Source of the DNA: Scyliorhinus canicula
Lineage: Eukaryota
Assembly (NCBI RefSeq): GCF_902713615.1
Contig: NC_052153.1
Location: 30,581,323 to 30,645,322, forward strand
Length of the DNA stretch: 64,000 bases
Direction of reading: 5' to 3'
In this document: one piece after another, positions 1-11,880 of the stretch
Numbering within the stretch: the stretch's first letter is position 1
How the letters are laid out: each line of letters opens with the position of its first letter
Notes under the pieces: generated by a model
What the model was told of the DNA's origin: nothing
Databases searched by the model: none
Seen by the model: only the letters and a program-made list of their open reading frames with translations
Position numbers and translations under genes: made by a program

Positions 1-19
1 TCTTTAATCACTCATTGAC

Positions 20-400
20 AGAAGTTTCCAAAAGGTGAATTTGGTCTTTGGATGCTAAGCACAGGTATTCCTTTCTCAGGCTCCTTTTCTTGTTCTCAAA
101 GAATTGTGACCCTTCAATCAGGAGGTTACTCAAAGTAGGTGTGTTCCGAGAAAAGATCTCCCAGACATTGACGTCCATGTTTCATTTCTTGTGGTAAGCC
201 TTCAAGGATGTCTTTGAAGAGTTTCCTTTTGTCTTCCTCTTGTTCGGGATCATTCCTTGAGCTGGGTAAAGAAGATTTGCTTTGGCAATCGGGACTCTGA
301 CATCCTCAGAATATGGGCGGCCCAGCGGAGTTGGCATCGGATCATCATGGCCTCGACACTGGTGCTATCGACTCCTTCAAGGACATTAATGTTAGCAAGC
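20..400 (-). mobile_element. RTE-clade LINE, degenerate 3' ORF fragment
   Basis: Minus strand translates to NINVLEG..SVEAMMIRCQLRWAAHILRMSESRLPKQIFF..L..RTRGRQ, the LRWxGHxxRMxxxRLPK C-terminal motif of RTE ORFs; contains stops and frameshifts. Confidence 0.75.
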
Positions 401-741
401 CTGTCCTCCCAGCTAAAGTACATTTGGATTTTTCAATGTATTTTAAGCTGCCTTGTTTAAGAGTCTCCCTGATGCAATGTTCATTTGTCCAAGCATCAGC
501 TATTACTTCAAATGCTTTAACAAAGTTTAATGCCTCAGTTGACATATGAAAGCTTCCTGTAAGCCATGTGAACTATCTCTCTGACAGGTATTGCAGCGAA
601 TCAGTTACCCTACCCGAAGAGTGTACTGCCAAAGGACATCCCGAAATTATGTCGGAGATATGTGCCAGGACACTGCGCTTCAACAGCTACTGTTTTTGGA
701 CTTTGAGCTTGTAACATTAACAGATGATATGCCTAAACACT

Positions 742-842
742 TCACTCCCCTTCCTCTTCCCTCCCTCTCCTCTTCCCTCCCCTCTTCCCTCCCCCTTCTT
801 CCCACCCCCCTTCTTCCCTCTCCCGTTTTCCCTCCATCCCTT
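742..842. repeat. Polypyrimidine (CT-rich) low-complexity tract
   Basis: About 100 nt consisting almost entirely of C/T. Confidence 0.85.
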
Positions 843-1140
843 TTACAAATAGATGGAAACATTGTGTTTTAAGTGAGAAAATATATTTCATTGTAAGGGG
901 TTTGTAAAAGTCGAGGTAGTTCAATGTCATTGTTCAGATGATAAAGTTAAATGTTCAGTTAAATATTAACTGGTTTCAAAGTTTTGTATTTATAAAATTA
1001 TTTTGGTTAATAAATGTTTTACATTAAACTTTACAAACATCTACAAATGTCTTGCTGAAAAATCAAACAGAACATTTAATTATGAGATAATTATAAATGA
1101 ATAATATAATTTAAGTGAACAAGGCAGAAACATAATAACC

Positions 1141-1262
1141 ACGGATAACATGGTGGCAAACTAGTTAGCACTGCTGCCTCACAACACCAGGCCATGTTCA
1201 ATTCAGATCATGGGTGACTGTATGCTGTTTGCACATTCTCCTCATATCTGCAAGGGTTTCCC
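1141..1262 (+). mobile_element. HE1-like SINE, 5' fragment
   Basis: gttagcactgctgcctcaca...tttgcacattctcc matches the tRNA head and V-domain of other SINE copies in the window. Confidence 0.75.
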
Positions 1263-1560
1263 AGAACCATGTAATAGAACCATAGAATTTCTGCAGTGTG
1301 GAAGCAGGCCATTCGGCCCATCAAGTCTGCACTGACCCTTTGAAAGAGTACCCTATCTCGGCCAACTCCCCCACCTTATATCTGCCTAACCTGCATATCC
1401 CTGTACATTAAAGGACATCTTAGCATGGCCAATCCTAATCTATATATCTTTGGACTGTGGCAGAAAAACAGAGCACCCAGAAGAAATCCGAGCAGATACG
1501 GGGAGAGCATACAAAGTACACACACAGTCCCCGAAGTGCTAGCCACTGTGCCGCCATGCC
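1263..1560 (-). mobile_element. HE1-like SINE
   Basis: Reverse complement begins ggcatggcggcacagtggctagcac, contains the ccacagtccaaaga core and ends in a CR1-type gggccgaatggcct...ttctatggttct tail. Confidence 0.85.
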
Positions 1561-1734
1561 GTCTGTTTGGGAACAGACAGAGGTAGTTTTGCTTTAATTT
1601 AAAGCAGGCCCACTGATAACATTTAAAAGTACGGTAATGAGGTTCCCGACCTTTCATGGCAGGAACCACATTAAATCATTGGTGGGGGGCAGGAACTATC
1701 TCAATGGGAAATCCCACTGGTGTGATGGCCTTTT

Positions 1735-1935
1735 ACCCCCATATCCTTTGATCCCCTTCACCCTAAGTGCTATATCTAATCGCTTCTTGAAACACCATGT
1801 TTTGGCCTCAACTACCTGTTGTAACAAATTCCACAGGCCGATCACTCACTGGGTGAAGGCATCTCTCCTCATCTCTGTCCTAAATGATCTACCATGTATT
1901 CTCAGACTTTGACCCCTGGTTCTGGACACACCGAC
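1735..1935 (-). mobile_element. CR1 LINE 3' fragment
   Basis: Reverse complement resembles the ...ttcacccagtgagtgatcggcctgtggaatttgtta... 3' region shared by the CR1 copies. Confidence 0.6.
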
Positions 1936-2377
1936 CAACTTCCTTTCTGCCTCAGATTGTTTTCTCCGTTCCTGTTCTAATATTGCTCAAATGCTTTTCC
2001 AGGCTTCTGGAAACAAAAGGAAGAGACTACTGCATGGAAGAGGTAAATACTTTTTCCATTACTGCTTGTGGACCAGGAGGAGCAGGAATGCTATGCCCAG
2101 CCACCTGAACAAATCTGTAAACTTCCAGGATTCAGCCTCAAATCCCATCTCACTTCACCCTGACATTGTCCTCCATAGGTTACTATCTCATCCTATGTTC
2201 CCCCCCAACCCACTATCTCCTCTATAGGCTGCTTAAATATTTCTTCCTCCTTCCCCAATCTCTCCATTCCACTGCAAAAATATCTCTTGGACTCCCATTG
2301 ATGCCTCTCTGACTTCCATTTCCTTCTAGACCCCCAGTAATATCTCTCTGAAGTCCAATCTTTCCCAGCTACCACCC

Positions 2378-2638
2378 TGTGATGTTCTTGTAGGGTGTCC
2401 TGCTTTATATTACAAGAACACTTGTAGCTAAAGATACAAACAATTTCTTAACATCAACTTGTGGGTCAACTATATACAAAGCAACAGATGAATAACAAAA
2501 TATGATCATGCACAAGCAACCTCTCTCTTCCAGCTCTCCAGTCAATCTGAGGTCATCTGACTCCAACATTCACTCATATACTAATGTGACTCCTAGCGGT
2601 CAGTCAGTGAATTACAACACAACCATGATATCACCACA
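2378..2638 (-). mobile_element. Probable solo LTR (Gypsy-like, 261 bp)
   Basis: TGT...ACA termini with short inverted ends (tgtgatg / revcomp tgtggtg). Flanked by caccc (2373-2377) and cacct (2639-2643), a 5-bp TSD with one mismatch. AT-rich segment inside a C-rich repeat. Confidence 0.6.
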
Positions 2639-3385
2639 CACCTCATGCCCCAAAGACGTCCACTCCAACGCCAGGTCTCTCCTTTCCTTCTCACCACTCT
2701 ATCCAACTGAAACCTGGTGTTAAAGGGCCCACTGCCTGAAAGCCAGCCAGCCCGTGAGTCACGCTGCTTGTGGCCTGGAAATAGACCCTGTTTCCTGTCA
2801 ACTAGACTCCATCGCCACCCCCTCCCCAATCCTCATCCCCGCTGTTCCCACCCACCCACAACCACCCTCCCCTCCCCCATATCCCTGTGAATATCAGGGA
2901 CCAATAATTCCAAATTTACTCTTTCCTCCCAAGCCTCCTTCACTTACCAGACGTCATGGTCTCAAATTACTCACATGCTCAATTATTTTTCAGAAATAAA
3001 TCTATCCAATTAGCATTTGAATCAATCAATACTTTCTGCTTCCACCATCTCTCCAGAGAGTCTATTCTATAGATTTATCACTCACTGAGATTATGGTTCC
3101 TGGGATAAATAAATCAAGAAACTAATTATTTGAGCTCTTTGAAGGCGGTACGGTAAGAATATTGTCCAAAGGTGAATTGAAGTTTACAAATCCCAGAGAT
3201 AGATATAATGACTGGATTTCAATTCCAAGCTTACAATAATATGGAATCTGGTCTTTGAATGTTTATGCTGTCTGGATAAACAGATATACTTTAATGTGTG
3301 CTTCATTTTCTATATGGCATGATCGATCTGTAGGTCACAGTCTCTGTAGCCTCTGTGTGCAGATTATAATTTACACATAGCTACG

Positions 3386-3405
3386 GTGTGTGTGTGTGTG
3401 TGTGT
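3386..3405. repeat. (TG)n microsatellite
   Basis: About 10 TG units. Confidence 0.9.
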
Positions 3406-4259
3406 ATTTGTGCATTGCAGTCCACACAGTGGTGTTAGATTTTAGTTTGTATCTGTATCTGCTAATCAGGGCTTACTATTTTGTGATTTAGCGATGGAAA
3501 CATACTGTCAAGTTTTCTTATATTATGTTCCACATTAGGCTTCTTTCGCCTTTGAACAAAATGTTTGGTGCCTAGGCTGTAGAATGAGAAACAAAGATGA
3601 TTTTTGAACTTAAAGGTGTAGGCTACCATAAGTGTGTGAATTGGACTAGGCAGTCATTTGCAGTGTGGGTTAAGCCAAGATTCTCCAGGAATGCAGATCT
3701 AGCAAGCTCTGTTCTCTACTACAATGCCTGTGTTTATCTTTTGTGGCTTTGTTTCAAACAGCTCTCATCTAAAATGTAAACTGCATTCACTCTGTATATT
3801 TTTTCTTGCCTGATGTCATTTTCATTTTTCTGACAATCTGATGATTCTTTTGTTTATTTTCACTAAGTCTTGTTTCTTACCCTCAATAGCACATAGATAA
3901 TGATGGCTGGGAAAACTGATTGCAGAACTAGATTATAGTGTAAACTAGCATTTTAAAACAAGCCCGTTTGTTTTTGTTTCTTGGTACGCTGCATTTGAAA
4001 ATCATCCAGAACAATTAAACCTAAGTAAATATATTTTCGCCCAACATGAAAGGAAAAGGTTTCATGGCAGTTTATATGATAGTTACAATTTATTTACAGA
4101 TTGACAGAAGATAGTTTGTGAAGTTGGGTGAGTGAATGTGCAATAGGCATGGAAGCTGACACATTATTGTAGTGATGCTTCATCTCAATGACGTGGAACT
4201 CGTTGAATGTGACTTTTTGGCACGAAACCTCTCTGGAAACAATTGAAGAAATTGATAGA

Positions 4260-4990
4260 AGCTCTGAATTGTTTTGGAAATGTACTGCGTCATCAGCTGT
4301 TTCTTGATTGGTGGATTATATCTACTCAAGGTTGCAGGTTTCTGTCATGGATCTTCATGTCATTGATTGGACCGATTTTCAACTTTCAGATCTCAGGGCA
4401 CATTGGGCGTCTGTCCCATGAGGTCGTGGATCAGGCGTGCAGGGTTTGCTTCCTCAATTTTCCTTTATGCCATCGCTCTCCTTAATCATTAAGAGGTTGT
4501 GACTCAAAGCGTGATACAGTTTGGGAGAAATTTGATGCTATTCTAAATGCTTGCTAGTAACCTTCTCTTAGTCATTAAGGTCAACATTGCCATACTTAAA
4601 AGTGAGCTTCGAAATGTATTTGAAGCATTTCCTTTATCCTCTCCTGGCATATTGACCGTTTGAGAAATAAGAGAACAGGACGTGCCAGGAGAAATGATTT
4701 TCAGCCATGCGGAGACAGTGGTTAGTCCTTTTGAAGTGAATATTGTGGGCGTTTTGCCTGAATGCTTGTGGATCCGGCTTGAAGAAGGACACCAGCATTT
4801 GTTTGATGGCTCTCCCATTGAATCTAAAGGATGTGTGAAGGCATTGCTGATGGAATTTCTCTAGCATTCTTGGGTTTTGCTGATATCCAGTCAGGGTCTC
4901 ACTGCAGTGTCGGCGCATGGTGACAACTATTGCTGTCTAGGTATGGGGACATGTTTTAGTGCATGAATGGCCACTCTTTATTTTGAAGAA
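4260..4990 (-). mobile_element. RTE-clade LINE, old 3' fragment
   Basis: Minus strand reads SETLTGYQQNPRMLEKFHQQCL...NHCLRMAENHFSWHVLFSYFSNGQYARG, which aligns by eye with the RTE C-terminal region seen at 10661-11098. Confidence 0.7.
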
Positions 4991-5928
4991 AATCCAATTT
5001 TCCTTCACCTTCCTGACCCTATGCCATTTTCCTCTGGTGCTTTGTGGGATGTGAATGCCTAGTCTGAAGAATGCACACCCATCTTCACTGAAGTGGGTTC
5101 CTCATTTTAAATGGGAGAAAATGTCAGATTTTCCCATTATCTGGCGTTGCGGGGTTTCAGAAACCCATTAAAACCATGCAAGGTTGACAGTTTGTGAAGA
5201 GAAGGGAAGACCTGCTGAGGAGTCTGGGACTTTCTGAAAGTAAGTGCAAAGTATTTTTACACCTTATAATGTACTGTAGATGTGATTTCAATGCAATGAT
5301 TCATCATGAGGATCTGTTGTTAATAGGTAAATTGAATATTACATTGACCTTGTGCATCTGTTCACATGCTTTACAGTGTTTTTAAATGGGGAAAGCACCA
5401 CAATGCAGTGCTGTCATCGTTTCCACTATATTTTAGGTGGCTCTGGTTAATTGAAGCAAATTTGGCTTTAACACTTGGAAAAAACTACATGTGGAGAAAA
5501 AACCCTACCCACCCTTATATTGATTACAGGCACTCTGCTTTGCCATCAAAATTAGCACTTACTGTTCTCTCCTTCCCAAAGAAGTTTATTGTTTGAACAG
5601 CTGTGGCCATTATCAATGCTTGTCTGACTTTCAGGTGCTAATGGGTGACAACACAGGAGGTGTTCCATTCACCGGAGAATGAATGACAGTTTCAAGAATT
5701 TGTAATAACAGGGCCGGGATTCTCCAATCCCGCAGGCAAGTTCTGACGCCGGTGTCAAAAGCAGCGTGAATGACTCCGGCGTTGAGGCCAGCAAAAGTGC
5801 ACATATTCTGCCATGAAGGGGCGTCATGGGAAGTGCGACGGCGCAACCCGAAATGGCATCACAGACGCGCACGGTGTCGTCATTGTTAAATGGACAGCAT
5901 CAGCAGAGAAACAGTGCAATGCGGGAAG

Positions 5929-7560
5929 ATGGCCCACCGCCGTGCAGCATCGAGGTTCCAGGACTGGGACATTGAAGCGCTCCTGGACGCTGTGGAACGG
6001 AGGAGGGAGGCCCTGTACCCTGGACATGGCCATAGGGCTGCAGCCAACACCAGCCGGTGCCTATGCAGGGAGGTGGGAAAAGCTGTCAGCGCCGTGGGCA
6101 TAACCCCCAGGACTGGCAGCCAGTGCCACAAGAAGGTCAATGACCTAGTCAGGTCAGCCAGGGTTAGAACCCCCCACTGTGCCCATGGCACCAGCCCCCA
6201 CTTATTTGGCACTGCCCCCCCTCTCAGCATGATGGGCAGAACAGCCCAAACTGAGACCCACATGGCTGCACCCATCCATGCAAGCTGCATTGGCAGGATG
6301 GCCTCTGAACCTTTGCCAACATACTCAACCGCTGGCCTGCAAGTATATGTCCGTCTAACAATGATCTTTCTCTCTTCTCTCTCTTCCCCCCCCCCCCCAC
6401 CACGCGCCCCCCCCCCCCCACCAAAAGCAATCAGGAGCGTGCCAGGACCAGAGGGGGTCCACCTGAATTGTGCCCCCTCACCGTTCATGAACAGAGGGCC
6501 CTGGACCTCGCAGACAAATCTGAGGACCAGGAGGTTGCAGATGCAGAGATCGGGGGCACACCACCAAGTGAGATCCCCCTGCCTGCCCTCCCCCACTCCT
6601 GCCCCCCTCCTCTCATCCCCCCATCTCCCCCTCCTCCCATCCCTCTTCCCTCCTCCACTCATCCCCTATTCCTCTCCTGCCAGCCCCTCCCACTCCTGCC
6701 CCCTCCTTCCCCCTCCTCTCTTCCCCCCTCCCATCCCCCCTTCCTCCTCCTCCCATCCCCTTTTTCCCCCTGCCAGCCCCCCCACTCCTGCCCCCCTCCT
6801 CACATCCCCCATTCCCCCCGTCCCACCACCCCCTCAGCACCATCTGCGTGTCTAACCATGCACGCTGTATTATGTATTGCAGGACCTCACGGTGATCCAC
6901 CCATCTCTGCGGATGCAGACCGCCCCAGCCCGTACCAGGGCGACCACAAGCCTTAGGTCGACCCGGGCCATCAGGCATACGCCCCCCCCATCCAGTGCCC
7001 GTCCCAGTCAACTCAAGACACCACGACACAGGGCACCCACACCGATGACACCGACACACAGGACACACAAACCCAGGACCCCCAGGACACACAAACCCAG
7101 TTTATCAAGGACACACAGACCCAGGACACCCAGGCCACTCAAACCCAGGACAGTTAGACACAGGGGACGGATGGACACGACAGTCAGATACAGGGGATGG
7201 AAGGACAGAACAGTCATACAGGGGACGGACGGACAGGACACACCACCCGAGGGGGCCCTGGACTTCGGGTCCGATGAGGACCTCCACAGAATACTGCTAT
7301 CTCCTGCACCCTCCACCATCGCAGATACTCTCACCTTAGTTGGGCACTTTAGTGATGAGGCATCTGGGACACTCACTGGTGCGCACAACACACCCTTCCC
7401 AGTACAGCAGGTGGAGGTAGGAGCAGCCGAGCGGCTGGACGGTCAGAGAGCAGCCCGGCCCCAGAAACCAGCTGCCGCCCAGACGGGTCCCAGGTTCCTG
7501 GAGTTCACACACCCACCCATAGACCTGATGCAGTCAGGGACCCTGGGACAAGTGGAGGGG
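5929..7560 (+). pseudogene. Harbinger Myb/SANT-like (NAIF1/MSANTD-type) DNA-binding protein, 3 exons, disrupted
   Basis: Exon 1 (5929-6162) MAHRRAASRFQDWDIEALLDAVERRREALYP...AVSAVGITPRTGSQCHKKVNDLVRSAR|gttaga. Exon 2 (~6428-6567) ERARTRGGPPELCPLTVHEQRALDL|gtgag. Exon 3 from 6883 (after ttgcag, branch point ctaac at 6852), with an early stop or frameshift. Confidence 0.85.
7010..7245 (+). repeat. Imperfect tandem repeat (caggacacacaaacc-like) in Myb exon 3, encoding QDTQT-type repeats
   Basis: Repeated caggacacacaaacccaggac units followed by caggggacggatggaca units. Confidence 0.7.
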
Positions 7561-7844
7561 GTGAGCCCTGCCCGTTGTGCCGCAGGTGGATGTGCAATGG
7601 AGAGATAGTGTGCATGCGGGTGATTGGTGATGGGCGGGGCGAGGATGATGGATGGTGGGCGGGGTGAGGGTGGTGGGCGTTACTGTGCTGTCCGTGCCCT
7701 TGCTCAGCGATCCTCCCCCCCCCCCCCCCCCCGGGTCTGTGTACTGTGTAGCTATCAACTCCTCCCATGCTCGCTGGCCCAGCCGGTATCGGTGGGCAGC
7801 CTCCCTTCCCGGTCCAGCCCGTATATCCCGCTCAATGCACCCCC

Positions 7845-8620
7845 CTATCCACCTGGGGAGGCGTGCCCTTCATCGTGTTCCCCCTCTTCCTCCTCCTCTG
7901 CCTCCAGCACATCGCCCCTCTGCTGGACTATATTGTGCAGGATGCAGCAGACCACAATGATGTGGCCGACCCTGTCCGACGGGTACTGGAGGGCCCCTCC
8001 AGAGAGGACAAGGCAGATGAAGCACATCTTCAGCAGCCCAAAGCACATCTCAACCACACCCCTGGTCGCTGCATGGGCATCATTGTAGCGGGTTTCCGCA
8101 TCGGTCTGTGGCCTCCGTAGAGGCGTCATCAGCCACGACCGCAATGGGTAACCTCCGCCGCCCAGCAACCAGCCCCTCAGCTGGGGTGGGGGGGGGGGGG
8201 GGGGGAGGTGTCCCTTGAACATGGCGGGGATGAGCGATTGTGCGAATATGAATGAGTCATGCTCGCTGCCCAGTTACCGGGCGCAGACTTGCAGGATCCT
8301 CATCCAGTGGTCACAGACCACCTGAATGTTCATGGAGTAGGTCCCCTTCCTATTCATGAACACGGCCCTGTTACCCACTGGTGGGCACATGGTGACGAGC
8401 ACCCCATCGATCGCCCCCTGGGGACCATGGCACCGCCTCCTCCTTCTCCTCCTCGTCCTGTTGGGCAGGTGGCCGTCCGACATGGGCGGCTGCCACCTGC
8501 CCCTCTGCAGCAGCCTCCGCCGCCTCCCTGGCACACCCCTGCTCCAGCTCCTATAGGGCTACATGCTGTACAGCGGCCCCCGCCACGACGGCCAACATCC
8601 CTGGGTGATGGCTAAACATA
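7845..8620 (-). pseudogene. Harbinger (HARBI1-like, DDE_Tnp_4) transposase pseudogene
   Basis: One reading frame gives GAIDG..NRKGTYSMNIQVVCD..VCAR*LGSEHDSFIF..WLLGGGGYPLRSWLMTP..ETRYNDAHAATRGVVEMCFGLLK..CCILHNI. In-frame TAA at 8274-8276, second catalytic Asp changed (GD to GG), and the HTH-containing middle is missing. Confidence 0.93.
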
Positions 8621-8669
8621 ATGATCTGCAGGGTGTGGGGGTAGACGACATATCATCATTGCCCATACC

Positions 8670-8894
8670 GGGCAGCACGGTGGCACAGTGGTTAGCATTG
8701 CTGCCTCACGGCGCCACGGTCCCAGGTTCGATCCCGGCTCTGGGTCACTGTCCGCGTGGAGTTTGCACATTCTCCCCGTGTTACTGTGGGTATCACCCCC
8801 ACAACCCAAAGATGCGCAGGTTAGGTGGATTGGACACGCTAAATTGCCCTTAATTGGAATAAATGAATTGGGTACTCTAAATTTATTTAAAAAA
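8670..8894 (+). mobile_element. HE1-like SINE, short poly(A)-tailed type, inserted in the Harbinger element
   Basis: tRNA head with ggttcgatccc B-box, V-domain and A-rich tail. 15-bp TSD atcattgcccatacc (8655-8669) / atcattgtccatacc (8895-8909). Confidence 0.92.
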
Positions 8895-9984
8895 ATCATT
8901 GTCCATACCCACCTCCGCAACCTGGTGCCAGGGGCTGCATGTTCGCCACTGTTAACAGGTGGCACCTGACCACACAAACACCCCCCCCATCCCTGGCGCT
9001 CCCCACTCCATGCCCACCTCCCCCATCATGGCACTCCCCACCCCTAACCCTCCATTCCTGGCACTCCACCCCCACAGCCTCCCCCTATCCCTGGCGCTCC
9101 CCACCCCACACCCACCCCCCCATCCCCAACACCCCCCACCCCCCCTCCCCAGACACTAACCCCGACACCGCCCGTCACCCCGGTCTTGGGCGGCCTTCGC
9201 CCCGCCAAAGCACCCCCCAGCCACGGCCCAGCCATCTCGACATGTGGCGGCCCCCCCACGCCAACCCCTGCCTCCTTCTTCGTCGGCATCAACACTACCA
9301 GCACGACTGGTTGACGCCTCTATAAAGCATGTTTGACTTTCGCCGGCAGGAGCTGCGGTCACGTCGGCGGGACTTCGGCCCATCCGGGCTGGAGACTCAC
9401 AACAGGCCCGGGGACCAGAATGTTGCACCAATACTGCCGATTCTGGCGGGCTGCATGGCGCAATCCCCGTAGTTGAGCTTTTTCCCGGGTCCCACATCGG
9501 AGTGGCGTGCCCCCCCCCCCTCGCTCCGGCAATTTTCCGAGTCGGGTGGCATCGGAGAATTCCGGCTCAGATTTTCGCGTTGATGTGATTTCTGGTTGTT
9601 GACGGGGTTAAAAGTGCTAAACTTTTTTTCACATGCCAGAATTTTTTTTTTTCTCTCATATCAGTGATATGAAGGCCTTTATTAGAAGTTGTAAGGATTT
9701 TTTTTATCCAAACAGATGTTAATTACTTTCCATTGCTATTGCCTGGTATCTGAGGACTGACCAAAGTGCACTCACTTCCATAGGGTGAGTGGCTAATGAA
9801 TATACATGGCAGGTGTAAATATGTGGCAAGGGCATGAAAGTGCACAGAGGTGGCATAGGTGATTTGAGGGTGCAAGGGGTTGGTTTGTGTGGAGGGGTGA
9901 GGTATAAGAGGCTTTTAAACCTGGGAGCTGAATATACTCTTTTGGGGAACTGAGACAGCCTTCTAACTGACATGCCTCAACTGC

Positions 9985-11880
9985 CTTCTCTTCTTCTTGG
10001 GCAGTCCCTCAGCATCGAGGATTACTTACTTCTACTCCAAGGAGGTGGGTTCTGTGGTGGCTGAATAGTCCAATCCTGAGTCCCCAGACTCTTCCACAGG
10101 TTTGGCAGGTGGTACTTGAGGTGGGTGGGTGGGACGCTCTGGATTCTGCGCTTTCCTTCCGCTGCTTACGCTTGGCCTCCGCAAGCTCTACCCTATGACA
10201 CTCGAGGTGATTGGCACCTTCAAAGAAAGATCAAAGAACAATACAGCACAGGAACAGGCCCGTCGGCCATCCAAGCCTGTACCAGTCATGATGCTAATCT
10301 ATGCCAAAACCCTCAGCACTTCCTTGTGCCGTATTCCTCTATACCCATCCAATCCATGTATTTGTCGAGATGCCTTTACGTTAATGTATCTGCTTCCACA
10401 ACCTCCCCTGGCAACGCATTCCAGGCACTCACCACCCTCTGCGTAAAAAACATGCCTCGCACATCTCCTCTAAACTTTGTCCCACGGACCTTAAACTATG
10501 CTAGAGTGGATGCTTTTACTCAAGTTGTGCGTTCTAAGGCAAGCAACTCCCACGTATCAATGGGGATGCTGCATTTATTTAGGTTTTCAGTGTCATTGGA
10601 AAGTTTCCACTACCCTCCTAATGATCACTTGCCATTGCGGAGCTCAGGATAGAGCACTTGTTAAAGGAGACTTGTATCGGGCATGCGGACAATGTGGTTC
10701 GCGAATCGCAGATGGTCGAGTGTGACCAGTACCCAGATGCTGGGGATATTGGCATGGAAGAGGACACTCACTATGGTATGCCTATCCAGCCAGTGGATTT
10801 GGAGGATTTTGCAGAGGCAACGCTGATGATATCTTTCCAAGGATTTGAAGTGTCTGCTGTACATTGGAAGATACATGGCAGGGGTAAATATGTTTCTGAT
10901 GCATACTGGAGGGTGGGGACCATGGCTGCACTGTAGAGAATGAGTTTTGTGGTGCGTTTGAGGTCCCCGTCTTTGAATACTCCTCAGGCGTCTGAAGACT
11001 ACACTGGTGTCTTGGAGCCAATGTTGGACTTCATCGCCAAGATCTGCTCGCACTGAGAGGAGGCTCCCGAGGTATGGGAAATGATCCATGTTGTCCAAGG
11101 GCTCACCGTGGATTTTGATAGTTGGGGGGGCAGTTTTTGTGGCAAGAGTGAACTGGTAGAAGACCTTTGTTTTCTAGATGTTTAGTCTGAGGCCCATTTT
11201 GTCAAATGTCCCGGTGAATGCGTCGACGATGGTTTGCAGCTCGGCCTCCGAATGTGCGCAGACGTCATCTGCATACTGCAGTGAGATGACAGACGTTGGG
11301 ATGGTCTTGGTTCCGGCTTGGAGGCATCGGAGGTTGAACAAGTAGTTTCCTACTTGTCCAGTAGGTTAGCTCCACTCCAGCAGGAAGTTTCAGGGTGAAC
11401 AGGTGGAGTGTTGCTGCGAGGAAGATGGAGAAGAGCGTTGGTGCGATGAAGCAGCCCTGTTTGACCCCAGCTTGCACACGTATTGGGTCTGTGATGGTTC
11501 CATTGATGAGGATCACGGCTTGTATGTCATCATGGAGCAGGCGGAGGGTGGTGATGAATTTATGGAGGCTGCTCCACAATCCCTCACAGTTAACAGAGTT
11601 GAAGGACTTTGCAATTTCGAAGAAGGACATGGACAGAGGTTGGTGCTGCTCCCTGCATTTATCCTGGATTTGCTGCGCATTGAAGATCATGTCCATTGAG
11701 CCTCTTGATGGGCGGAAGCTGCACTGAGAATCAGGGAGGAGCTCTTCAGCCACTGGGAGGAGGCGGTTGAGGAGTATTCTCACAAAGACATTTCCCGTCG
11801 AGGAGAGTAGGGAAATCCCTCGGTAATTTCCGCAGTCAGACCTGTCTCCTTTCTTGAAGATTGTGACAATTAAGGCACCT
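9985..11880 (-). mobile_element. RTE-clade LINE, 5'-truncated, reverse transcriptase pseudogene
   Basis: ILLNRLLPVAEELLPDSQCSFRPSRGSMDMIF...GVKQGCFIAPTLFSIF, YADD at 11264-11275, FPYLGS, LERYHQRCLCKILQIHW; multiple frameshifts. Confidence 0.93.
10225..10497 (-). mobile_element. CR1 LINE 3' tail inserted in the RTE
   Basis: aagaacaatacagcacaggaacaggccc... is the reverse complement of the CR1 tail at 61570-61860. Confidence 0.85.

Larger units (their letters stand above)
5712..9567. mobile_element. PIF/Harbinger DNA transposon, near full-length, non-functional
   Basis: TIRs GGCCGGGATTCTCC (5712-5725) and GGAGAATTCCGGCT (9554-9567), 12/14 match. CAG TSD at 5709-5711 and 9568-9570. Contains a Myb/SANT-like gene (+) and a DDE transposase (-) in convergent orientation. 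Confidence 0.92.

Noticed and set aside
345-545. Possible pogo/Tigger transposase relic (LNFVKAFEVIADAW)
   Set aside because: A single short motif with no DDD triad or TIRs visible.
5890-6855. 321-aa single-exon protein or host NAIF1
   Set aside because: Read-through of C-rich introns; only the exon-1 portion is Myb-like, and it lies in a transposon.
7845-8534. Host HARBI1 gene
   Set aside because: Enclosed by TIRs and a TSD, with a stop, a catalytic mutation and a deletion; it is a transposon copy, not the domesticated gene.
8670-8745. tRNA genes at SINE heads
   Set aside because: A and B boxes are present, but the sequence continues into the SINE core with no full cloverleaf.
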